Shown piece by piece: positions 12,611-24,252 of a stretch of 64,000 nucleotides of DNA. Origin of the DNA: Octopus sinensis (Eukaryota); NCBI RefSeq assembly GCF_006345805.1, contig NC_043001.1:107508001-107572000 (forward strand), written 5' to 3'. The stretch's first letter is position 1. Every line of letters starts with the position of its first letter. The translations under genes were made by a program, and so were the position numbers. A model generated the notes under the pieces. The model worked only from the letters and a program-made list of their open reading frames with translations, did no database searches and had not been told where the DNA came from.

Positions 12611-12872
12611 ATTTCCTTATTGCCCACAGGGGGTTAAACATAGAGAGGACAAACAAGGACAGACAAAGGGATTAAGTCGATTACATCGACCCCAGTGCGT
12701 AACTGGTTCTCATTTAATCGACCCCAGTGCGTAACTGGTACTTGTTTAACCGATTCCCGAAAGATGAAAGGCAAAGTTGACCTCGGCCGAATTTGAACTC
12801 AGAGCTTAAAGACAGACGAAATACCGCTGAGCATTTCGCCCGGCGTGCTAACGTTTCTACCAGCTCGCCGCC
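12611..12872 (-). mobile_element. S2 SINE, tail-1, full length, flanked by the 15-bp direct repeat ttcataatataatat
   Basis: Direct repeat at 12592-12606 and 12873-12887; internal duplication of atcgaccccagtgcgtaactgg. Confidence 0.88.
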
Positions 12873-13329
12873 TTCATAATATAATATATTACATTTTCTA
12901 AGGTGGCGGCTTAGCAGAGTCGGTAGAGCCTTGCGATATGTGGTCAGTCCCTTTACATTCTGAGCTGAAATTCCACTGATTTAATCTTTGATATTCATCC
13001 CTCCGATAAACTATGCGAAAGGAGAACTTGGGTCGTTTATATCAACTAATCACCCTCCCCTCAGAAATGTTAAACCACTGTCTGAAGTTCAGACTATTAT
13101 TGATTACAGTTACTAATTTCAAATCCGGCAGTGTTCAGCTGTGCCTCGTAGATGCCTGTGTTCGATAAAATAAAATACTTATCGTGTACTGTGGGTCAAT
13201 ATAATTGAGTGACCACGCCCTGACCTAGAATATGGTCTTGATGAAAAGAGAATATTGAAAGATATAATTTACAACACACAAATATCTTCCTGTCTGTCTG
13301 TCTCTCTCTGTATATATATGAGTGTGCGT

Positions 13330-13374
<45 letters not shown>

Positions 13375-13379
13375 CACAC

Positions 13380-13433
<54 letters not shown>

Positions 13434-14323
13434 CTTTATCTATAGCTATATCTATATCTATCTATCTATCTATCTATATATTTTATGTACTGTTGTTAAT
13501 TACGTCTGTGTGGGTAGCATTAGCAAATATTTGCCTAGGGTTTGTATTTATTTGGTTTCGCGATCGACTGAGCAACGATTTGTATATTATACCACTTCTT
13601 GTATCTAAAATACGTAAAAAAATCGCGTGCTATCTTTCGTATGATATAATCCAATATTAAAGAAATGTTATTCTTCATTGCTGTCAATGTGCATAATAAA
13701 TACAGAGAACACAATAAATACACCAAGACAAGGAACGTATCAATATATCATTTAGAGTAGAATTAAGTAATACATGAAGTAAAGATATGTGTGAAAAGGA
13801 TAAATAAATAATGAGTGATGATACATCGATTGAAAATGAAGTTAGATTTAAGATTAAAATTTTTGACTTGAGAAATATAAATTATAAGATACATTGACGG
13901 CAGTGAGAAATCTTAATGACAGATTAAAAAGTCAGAGAAATAATAAGGATAAGTTTGTTTTAAGAGTTCTAAAGAAATGATATAGAGGATTTTATCATCA
14001 TATAAGATGTATTTCGACGGCCGTTTCTGGAGTCCATTTGTTTACAAGGAATGGATACTTGAAGCTGTGCAAAGTCAATAAAATGATGATAATAATATTT
14101 TCTATTATAGGCACAAGGCCTGAAGTTTTCTAAGAGGGCACTAGTCGATTACAGTGTCCTGAGAATTGATCAAAGGCGAAGTCGGCCTCGGTGGAATTTG
14201 AACTCAGAGCGTGAAGACGGACGAAATACCGTAAAGCATTTTGCCCGGCGGGCATAACCGCGCGCGCACCCCCCCCTCACACATCCACTTATATCTCCTA
14301 TTCTCTCTCTGCCTGTCTGTCTG

Positions 14324-14399
<76 letters not shown>

Positions 14400-14533
14400 T
14401 CATTTATTTATTCGTTTTATCAGTTTCAGTCCAAAGCTGTGTCCATGCTGGTGCACTGCTGTTTTACTACACTGTTATTATTGAGAACTTCCTCTGTTAT
14501 GTGGCATTTGGTGAATATGGGAGTTTGATATCG

Positions 14534-15435
14534 CTACTCCCATTTGCGTTTCCTGCCGCGAGGTAAGTTCATCTGAGACTCTCGACAGGAAGAGATCCAG
14601 TTTTGATTTGAAAACACTTTCATCCATTTGAGTAGGTCCTTCGGGCTCTTTGGGAGAATATTAAAAAGCTGTGGACCCCTAAAACCCAGGCTATTCCAGT
14701 AACTAGTCCAGAAGCGCGACGGCATTGCTGGGATCTTTGGCATAGTGCAGTAGCTACCCGTCCTAGTATTTGTGTAGCTTTCAATGCCAAAATTTGGCAC
14801 AATCCCTTCCAGGATCTTCCAGATGTATATTACTCATATCTCTCCCGCCTTCGCTCCAAGTCTTAGCTGTTTTAGCCTTTGTCAGTAGCTGAGCTGTTGC
14901 AATGAGACCATCTTCTTTTGTGAAGCTTCACTGGATTGCTTTAAGGACCCTGTTAATTTTACACTGTTGGGTAACCATAGCTGGGAGCACTTATCCAGGC
15001 AGCTGAGGACGAATGTTCTCCAGCGGATCATTATGGTTTCCTTCTCTCTGGTTCTGAACGTTCTCAGGATCCATCCATCCAGCCGTCTGCACTTTGTCGC
15101 CATCTTGGTAATGTGCACTTCGAAAGAGGTATCATCACCCATGTCGATACCCAGTTCCCCCACTGATTTAGGGTCTGGGATTGTAATCCCCTGTGGGATA
15201 GTGTACCCTGTAAGTTTTACGTTCAGTTTTGGGCGCTGATAGCGCAGAGTTGGAATTTTCCAGCATTAAACTGCATATTATTGTCTTCAGCCCATCTGTA
15301 AACTGTGTCCAACTCCTGCTGCAGGTGTGCAATATCGCTAGTTCTGCGAGACTTTCTTATCGTCTGCGTAGCGTTGGCTAAGCTGAGGGCATAACTGAGA
15401 GGGCCACTATGAAAAGCAGTGGTCCCAAGACTGGA
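14534..15435 (-). pseudogene. CR1-group LINE RT C-terminal/3' fragment, degenerate
   Basis: PVLGPLLFIVALS, WAEDNNMQFNAGKFQ and GWILRTFRTR match the 36135-37583 ORF; extends further 3' than that copy. Confidence 0.88.
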
Positions 15436-15548
15436 TGACATGACATGAATAGTGTTGTGAGGTAGAGAGTAACGATGTCGTTGCGATATAGGAAAAGTGT
15501 TAACGTCCCAAGAGCTGAAATGCAAGAAACAATACCTAATGAAAACAA

Positions 15549-15592
<44 letters not shown>

Positions 15593-15689
15593 ACAGCAAC
15601 AACAATAATAATAATAATAATGATATATACAGGCACTCAAAGCACGCCCGCACACACATATGTATATGTATATGTATGTGTGTGTGTGT

Positions 15690-15748
<59 letters not shown>

Positions 15749-16272
15749 ATCATATATGTGTATGTATAATTGAGTGATAGATTTTACATATAGAAGAAAA
15801 TAGATGTAAAAGAAGACGCATGTATACATAGCATGAACGAGGGGACCGGATAAGACAAAAAAAGAAAGTACAAATTAAAACAAACAGGTAAGAAAAGCAA
15901 CTTTTAATTAGGGAACATAACCGCAAAACGTTAGGAGGATAAAGTTAATGAGACGTGGTGTCGGTGTTGGCGGAGCGGTTTGTGCTGGTCAGCAAGAAAA
16001 CAAAGCCAAGATGCGAGGCATGAAAAGCAGATGTAGGTAGGCTAGCAGGCAGGTAAGCCGGCAGGCAGGCAGCCAGGCTGGCAGGTAGACAAGCAGGCAG
16101 GTGGTTGGCGACCAAGCAGGCCCACAGGAATTTAATGATATCCTTTAAACACGGGCAGGTAGACTGGATGACATGACGTAAGTAGAGTTGTGTAGGAAAG
16201 AGTAAGGATGTCGTAGCGATATAGGAAACGTGTTGACGTCTCAAGAGCTGAAAGGCAAGAAACAATACCTAG
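15429..16272 (+). repeat. Two diverged copies of a ~110-bp unit (15429-15540, 16162-16272), each followed by an (AAC/AAT)n run
   Basis: gactggatgacatgac...gcgatataggaaa...caagagctgaaa.gcaagaaacaataccta in both copies. Confidence 0.75.
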
Positions 16273-16449
16273 TAATAATAATATAAATAATAATAATTTC
16301 ATTTAATTAGCACAAGGGCAAAGGAGGGGGTGGGGACAATACTAAGACCGACATAAAGTGTTGGGTTCACATATAATGGGATGATAAAAATAAAAGTAGG
16401 TATATACGGTATACACGGAAAAAAAGAGACATATTCATAGCATACAAAA

Positions 16450-16456
16450 GTTGAAG

Positions 16457-16496
<40 letters not shown>

Positions 16497-16747
16497 TAAT
16501 AATAAAAACAACAACAATAATAATAATAATAATGATGATGATGATGATGATGATAATAATAATAATAATAATAATGATAATAATAATAATATAATAATAA
16601 CAACAATAATAATAATAATGATGATGATGATGATGATGATGTGATGATGATGATAATAATAATAATAATAATAATAAAATAATAATAATAATAATAAAAA
16701 CAACAACAATAATAATAATAATGATGATGATGATGATGATGATGATG

Positions 16748-16788
<41 letters not shown>

Positions 16789-16815
16789 TATAACAATAAT
16801 AATAATAATGATGAT
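16450..16815. repeat. Compound AAT/AAC/GAT microsatellite with block-level duplication
   Basis: Block order AAT-AAAAACAACAAC-AAT-GAT-AAT recurs twice. Confidence 0.85.
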
Positions 16816-17534
16816 TTCATCTATTTGATACAAAAGGCGAAGGATGAGGGGGACAATAAGAAGGATTCCAAATTTTTCCACAAGAGCAGGTTTGGGGTTG
16901 GGATTAAGTCGATTTCATCGACCCCAGCGCGTAACTGGTACTTATTTAATCAAGGCCAAGCGCTGTTGATCATGATATGACATCAACATGTCGCGCACAT
17001 ATGGTTGTGATGAATGTGCCGGGTGTACCCTTATCAGACGGGTAGTCATGATGGGTATACTGGGCTTCATATATTTTAACCCAGCACGGGGTGAAATCTG
17101 ATGGTGGACGAGCTTTATACTGTACTCTACTACGTTCTTAACGAAGTATACCCTGACTATATATATGTGTGTGTGTGCTTATGCTTGTATGTAAGTAATG
17201 AATGCATGTATGTATACATGTATGAATATATATCTGGGATAATGACGGTACGAATATAAGCCGACGTAAGTAATAAAATCGGAAGACGATCGTAAAGATT
17301 GTGTGTGTATATTTGATGTGAAGGAAATAATTTAAAAAATGAGTAATGACAAACGTAAGGGAAGACAGACGATGAGAGAGAAATGAGGACAGAGGAAATG
17401 TAAACAGGTACAAGCAACAGCTCAACAGCAACCGGCATAAGGATAAACGCTCGACTATTAATATGCAGAAGTGAAGCGTGGTAGTACTCAGGCAATTGTA
17501 ATTATGTGACATTTATAAAATGGAAGGAATAGGT

Positions 17535-17600
17535 CAGTGGTTCTCAACCACTTTAGCGTCTGGACCCCTTTGATTTCTATTTTTACTTTACCGGACCCGT
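17535..17600 (+). mobile_element. hAT-like transposon/MITE terminus
   Basis: CAGTGGTTCTCAACC is a typical hAT terminal motif; the partner end was not found. Confidence 0.45.
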
Positions 17601-18245
17601 TTGATATTTTAAAAGAATCCCATTATTCATTTAAATTTGAATATTATTAGTAATTTTATTTTTTTTATTTTATTTTATCTAGTTTTAGCTCACGAGCTGT
17701 GGCCATGCTGGGACACCGCCATGTGTAAAAATAATTTGTGTTGCTAGTTTTCTGATGTGAAATCGTTTCCTGAAACAGACGTTGGTGTATTTCGGGATAA
17801 TAGTTTTTTTTTATATTTATTCTTTTTATTTATTTTTTTCTTGTCAAATAAACACACGCACTATATATTCGTTCTTCACTCGTTTATTATTGTTCTTATT
17901 TTAACTCGTGTCCATTGTCCGGAAATCTTTGGTCACACATCTGTGACCTCTTAAGCGAAACTTTCCGCCCTCGTGTGTGCTTTTGCTCCGCATAGTCCAT
18001 TCTCACTGTTAGAATATTCTGTATAGATAGATAGATAGACAAATAAATAGATGAATAGAAAGATAGGCAGATGGAGAGATGAATAAATAGATAAATAGAT
18101 AAATAGACAGAAAAATGGATAGAAAGACTGATAGATAGATAGATAAATGGATAGATGGGTAGATGGGTAGATAGACAGACGGACAGGCGGACAGACAGAT
18201 ATATATATATATATAATATATATTATATATATATTATATATATAT

Positions 18246-18315
<70 letters not shown>

Positions 18316-18324
18316 ATGAGAGAG

Positions 18325-19032
18325 GGGGGTTGTATAAAATTATGGAAACACCTTAAAATTTCAAACAAATTTATTTTAATATGGGGTAGGACCATCTTTG
18401 GCAGTAATTACAGCTTGAATTCTACGAGGTATGGACTCGTGCAAAGTTTGAATTATTTACAAAGGATTTTTTGTCTATTCTTCTACTAAAACAGTCTTGA
18501 GTTCTTATAGTGATGATGGTGGAGGATGTCGACTATTCCTGACGAACAGTTTTTGTGGAAACTGGATTCTCGGGGTGGCCATTAAGCTCTGCAGTAATTT
18601 TAGGAACTGTGATTTTCTGATCCTTTCTAACAATTCGCGTAAGAATCCGACGGTCCTTATCTGAAAGTTCTGGTTTTCTTCCAGAGTTTTGTTCGAAGAG
18701 GAGGTTTTGCCCTCTTTCTCAAATGCTGTCATTAATTTCGTGACAGTATTTCTTGATACACCAAACATTTCAGCTGTTTTCGTTACGCTAGTGTCTGCCA
18801 TAAGAGCACCAACTATTTGACCTCTTTGAAAGTCCGATAGCTCTGTCATTTTAATGAATTTTAATCACCTTTTTCGTGATGATATCTGAAAAGAAACAGC
18901 ATTTTTAGCAAAACATATTAAGCAACACTAAAAAAAACAACATAAAAATAAACAAGCTTTTACCGTTTTATAGATATTTCAAAATTATGATGGTATGATG
19001 TTAGGTGTTTCCATTATTTTGTTCAACCTCTG

Positions 19033-19034
<2 letters not shown>
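18325..19034 (-). mobile_element. Internally deleted Tc1-family DNA transposon with both TIRs
   Basis: TIRs gggttgtataaaattatggaaacacc / ggtgtttccattattttgttcaacctctg+TA; N-terminal HTH ORF 18505-18849 (TELSDFQRGQIVGA...GVSRNTV) and C-terminal LHESIPRRIQAVITAKDGPTPY*; DDE core missing. Confidence 0.88.
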
Positions 19035-19077
<43 letters not shown>

Positions 19078-19521
19078 GAACAAAGAAAAGTAAAAGGTCA
19101 TTGGATGCTTCAATGCCCCTAACCCCATCCCACTGAAACATTCATCGACATACACATAAATCTGTGGATAGAAAAATCGATGGCTGCCTTCGTTCGACCT
19201 TTTTCGTATCTAAAAGTTTTAAATAACCCAGTATTTACATTCTTTCACTTATAGATTTATGAGCGGGATTAGAGTCATTCTCTCGAAAGCTTATAAAATT
19301 CAGATGACGTCATCAAACAGCTAAGTAAACAGAGAGATTGATTAGGAGAGTTTGTAAGATTGCTAAAATCCATCATGTCAAGCATTGTTCATAAAAGTTA
19401 TACAACCATTCCACCTTTTCCTCTTTCTCAGTCTCATTATATAATATGAATAATGTATACACACACATATGTATATATATATATAAATCTATATACAGTG
19501 TGTGTGTGTGTGTGCTGCTCA

Positions 19522-19997
19522 CAGTATATTTCAGACAGAGGTCGTTTATACATAACAAGCTGGGGAAAATGTTTTCCTGGACTTAAAAGATAGTAACATA
19601 GTTCAACGTAGGACGACCACATTACATTTCCAAATAAACTTTACTGTACAGTAACGTTACTACTTGACCTCATTTAGATATTGTAAAAGTAGCTGATTTT
19701 CTCCTTACGAGATCAGTGACTGTCGGTCGCTTCTCTTATTATACTATGAGTAAGGTCGAGTGACTGCCATCTCTAGCCACCAGTTTTCCAGTACCGAGGG
19801 CGGGAAATAACCCAGAAATCATTGGTTTGCTGGTACTACTAATAGCTAGAGGAGAATAGTACGATCCATTGGTTACAGTGTATTTCAGACATAAATCGTG
19901 TGTCGATAGCCAGCTAGAAAAGATGTCTTCCTGGGGTTAAAAGGGAGTAACATAATTCTACGTAGGACGACCACCTTACGTTCGCAAATAAACTTGA

Positions 19998-20000
<3 letters not shown>
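19522..20000. mobile_element. Two ~125-bp direct-repeat units (19522-19646, 19876-20000) with CAGT...ACTG ends, probably Tc1/mariner-type MITEs
   Basis: Shared cagt.tatttcagaca...cgtaggacgaccac...caaataaactt.actg; the second unit is flanked by TA on both sides. Confidence 0.55.
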
Positions 20001-20031
<31 letters not shown>

Positions 20032-20102
20032 TGCCCCAGCATGGCCACAGCTCAAGAGCTGAAACTGGAAAACATAAACATAAACATAAATATATATATA
20101 CT

Positions 20103-20225
20103 CAAAATAAGCAACAAGAATGACTCCGGTAATTTGGTACGATCGTTTCGTACTACATCATTTTATTAAATGTTGTAAGTATTACAACAGATTTAAGATG
20201 ATGAGTACTTGTTGCTTATTTTGAT
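20103..20225. repeat. Inverted repeat, 17-bp perfect arms, possible MITE
   Basis: tcaaaataagcaacaag ... cttgttgcttattttga. Confidence 0.65.
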
Positions 20226-20317
20226 CATAATCACCCCACGGATTTTTATGGATAACACCATACAAAATTCTGGTGCATCTAAATTAAGTACCATATTCAT
20301 TTGAATCTAAATTTTTG

Positions 20318-20363
<46 letters not shown>

Positions 20364-20567
20364 AACAAATAATTCACGAGAAATAATAATTCACGAAAAA
20401 ATTTTGCGAAGATACCATTGACTCTGTTATTATCTGGTGTAACAATTTTAAAATGATGATAGCAGAATCAATAATATAGGTGATTGCAGCCCCCCCCAAA
20501 GTATTAAATAGCTGAAGGATTACAATTAATCAAAGGACATACTAAGTATGCCTACCTGCTGCTGCTG

Positions 20568-20602
<35 letters not shown>

Positions 20603-20704
20603 TGTATGTATTATATAATTCAGTCCCAAGGTTTTGATTGACCCGAGGCAATAGTGGAAGAACTTGCCCAAAGAGCCTGGCAGTGGGATTATATAATACA
20701 TACA

Positions 20705-20751
<47 letters not shown>

Positions 20752-20869
20752 GCACATTTATATACGCATTTATATATACATCAGGTATTTTGCAAAAGAT
20801 TTGACTTAAATCACAATATTTGAAGAATGATTTTCTTAAAATAATAAAAAAAAAATATTAAGTATATTC

Positions 20870-21080
20870 TTTTCTACTCTAGGTACAAGGTCTGGAATTT
20901 TTTTTTGGGGGGGCTAGTTGATTAGATCAGCTCCAGTACGCACCTAGTACTTAATTTATCGTCTCTGAAAGGATAAAAGACAAAGTCGACCTCGGTGGAA
21001 TTTCAACTCAGAACGTAAAGACAGACGAAATACCGAGAAGCCTTTTGCCCAGCGTGCTAACATTTCTGACAGATTGCCGT
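20870..21080 (-). mobile_element. S2 SINE, tail-2 variant
   Basis: Body aaagtcgacctcggtggaatttcaactcagaacgtaaagacagacgaaatacc. Confidence 0.75.
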
Positions 21081-22167
21081 ATTAAGCGTATTAAAATATA
21101 CCTTAAGAAACAAAATGATGCAAATTTTTGGAAGAAGGTTTTCGTATTGGCTCTAAGAGCTTTATCTGGTCACTTTCCAGAACAGGCGTTTCGGGGCAAT
21201 CCTTACAGAGAAGTTCTTTCTTAGCTGCGGTGCTGAATATTTCCGGTTCGGTTTGAGATTTAGAATTCTCATAAACTACTTTTCTTTTGCTTGTTGTAGT
21301 TGATAATTTTCTTCCTTTATTTTTTTAAGGGAAATATTTTGAAATCTCCTGTTGCACAAATGTCTAGAATTTCACTACTTGGTACATTTCTAAGAAAGAA
21401 ATGTTTGATTTGTTGCTCAAGTACTCTAACGCGATTAATTAATTTTGATATAATTCTCAGTGCATTGTGGGTATGTGATGCAAAAGATAAGATTATTTTT
21501 GTAATTTAGAATCTGTGTTTCAGAGAAAGTCTTCTAGAGTAACTTTTCTTGTTCGTCATTGCAGGCGAATAATGGTTCCCAAGCAGAAGTAACGCTCTGT
21601 AAATGAGTTATTTATGAAAGAAGGATTAAGACTTTACCTGGCTGAAAACCCACTTAATCAATGAAATAAAGCTTGTTATTTAAATAATTATTTAATTCAA
21701 AACAATTTTGCATCATTTCCCGTCTGTCTGGAATAATTTTGTAATTAGATATTATTGTCACGATATTAATTAAAATTGTTTAATGACATTTCTAAATAGA
21801 TCGTTTAAATAGGAAAATATGAATGCAAACGTTTTAGCATTTTTAGTTTTATATTTGCCTTTTACGTCAATTAAGAGGAGTAGAAACGGTTTCGTGCACA
21901 ATAGATAAATTTTGCCGTTGATATATACAGATTTTTCTTACCAATATACGTGATATATCAGACTGATTAAGATCTCTGAAGACGGAAAAAAATGATTGCT
22001 AATATCATGTTCCCTTAGCAGAGAGATAAATAGAATGAATGAATTGAAAATCCGAAATGATGTGAACAACACAGACATACAACACAAAGACACTTGTACA
22101 TAATTATATATATGAGGCAGTGTGCCGATTGACATCGCTGTGTTTACTTCGCAAGTTGTGAAATTTG

Positions 22168-22204
<37 letters not shown>

Positions 22205-22226
22205 TATATACATATATATATATATA

Positions 22227-22830
22227 CAGGGTGTGGTGAATAAATCGTCGTCTCAATTATGCAAAAATGAAAATAACACTAACAACTCATTTTAACAGAT
22301 ATATTTACCAAAAGTACATAAAAATATTTTAAAATACTAGAGAGTAAATTTATTCAATAAATTCGCCACTGACTTCAACCAAGGCTACCAGACAACTTCG
22401 GAATCTTCTGCAACTCTTCCCGACGGTCATCTTGTTTATGTTTGTTAATGTTGCCATAATTACTTGCCTTCAGGTCATCTTTGATATTACAAGAAGTTTT
22501 GTTGGTCTCTCGCATAACTTCCCCCACACAGTATAGTAGGATCAATTGGGCATCGTCTGTGAGAAAAAAAAAACAACACCATCACGCAATTGACTCAGTC
22601 GGAAATTTGGAAACGACATGCTGTACTACTTGGTATTTGCCCTGAAAGCTCCAATATGAACATTTCAGAGTGTTTTGGAATCGCCCGAATGAATTGGGCT
22701 CCCGTTAGTGGCCTGCAGTCTGGAGATTTAGGTGGCCAGATGTTAAGGGTGACGTTGTCGCAGAAATAGTATGACAGACATAACTGGGTTCTTCTGCTTG
22801 AGCAACATGGTGCAGAGTCCTGTTGTACGT
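22227..22830 (-). pseudogene. Tc1/mariner (maT-like) transposase 3' relic with one terminus
   Basis: QQDSAPCC...WPPKSPDCRPL catalytic-region motifs in ORF 22595-22840; TA-CAGGGTG terminus at 22227. Confidence 0.75.
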
Positions 22831-23009
22831 AATTCCTCATCTCTTAAATATAGAACTATGTTTCTGCATGTTTTTGCTTCACTCGTATGATACATAAATT
22901 ATTCAGTTGTTTATTAAGGTCATATTTTTATTTTATTTTAAAACGAATGAAAAAGGAAAGAGTAGGAAAGGAAAATAAAAAAAATCAAGAGAGAAAAAAT
23001 AAGTGATCT

Positions 23010-23345
23010 ACAAATACCTACCGTAGATCCCGAAAAGGAAAGGAATGAGCGCTCCAACTAGATGGACCGAAGATTTACGACCAAACTGTGACTTACAGAT
23101 GTGGAAAACTGTGCAAGGATAATTGGCTTCCGAATGATGCACCCCCGACGGCTGGACTAACAGGCCAACGTTCCTTTTGATCGAAAGGTACTCCATTGTA
23201 GGGCGACCCATTTGCAGCTGAGTGGACTGATGCAACGTGAAATGAAGTGTTTTGTTCCGGAACATAACGCGTCGTTGGGCACGGGATTCGACCCCACGAA
23301 TCGTCACATCGTGAGTGTAACACACTAACCGCAGGTCCACTCACC
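23010..23345 (-). mobile_element. tRNA-headed SINE, head A with tail Z
   Basis: Core acacttcatttcacgttgcatcagtccactcagctg is shared with 46260-46508; the downstream segment is different. Confidence 0.6.
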
Positions 23346-23818
23346 TTCACACGAGATTATAATGAAAGAAAATATTACAAATTTAAATTGATCATATCCA
23401 GCATCGTAATTGGATCTCATATAGGTTTAAATTTATTCATTCTGCGTTATATATAGGAACATTAATGAATGCAGTTGAATATTATTAAGTATTACGACCG
23501 AAAGTGTCGGAGTAATTAAAACTATTACACACTCGATCGATTTGCTCACGAGTAACACATCACTACTCTGTGTCACCTCTGTGCCACCTGAATCATTAAT
23601 GCTTTTGATCTTGCTGCTATTGACTTTGGATTTCGTCTTCTGAGGCCAATAAAGGAATATACGTTATCTGCTGTAATTAATTCAATTAATTCAATGGCTG
23701 TATATTTAAAGCAATTGCTTCGCGCCTACGCCGTTCGAAGTGCAATTCAAAAGCACGCTGCCTTCGCAATTGTCTTTCGACAACGTTTACGGCCTTGGGA
23801 GCAGATTTTGGATCATCA

Positions 23819-23879
<61 letters not shown>

Positions 23880-23918
23880 GTCTGTCTATCTGTCTGACTG
23901 TCTATCTATCTATCTATC

Positions 23919-23952
23919 GTGTGCAGCCCTGTGTGGCTAATAAAGAAACATA
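23919..23952 (+). mobile_element. 34-bp solo 3' terminus of the Tx1-type LINE inside a (TCTA)n/(TCTG)n array
   Basis: gtgtgcagccctgtgtggctaataaagaaacata is identical to 27305-27338. Confidence 0.88.
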
Positions 23953-23963
23953 TCTATCTATCT

Positions 23964-24040
<77 letters not shown>

Positions 24041-24071
24041 CTGTCTGTCTGTCTGTCTGTCTGTCTGACTG

Positions 24072-24122
<51 letters not shown>

Positions 24123-24169
24123 GTCTGTCTGTCTGTCTGACTGTCTATCTATCTATCTATCTATCTATA

Positions 24170-24252
<83 letters not shown>

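Noticed and set aside
59-13660. Numerous 60-200 aa ORFs rich in I/Y, L/S/I/Y, C/V or H/T (also throughout the rest of the window)
   Set aside because: They are translations of TA, TCTA, TG/CA and TATG microsatellites, which lack stop codons in some frames.
19303-19314. Perfect CRE palindrome GATGACGTCATC
   Set aside because: Isolated short motif with no gene context.
23560-23820. Protein-like minus-strand reads ([33 protein letters not shown]...)
   Set aside because: Frames close after about 45-50 codons, with no splice signals or known motif.
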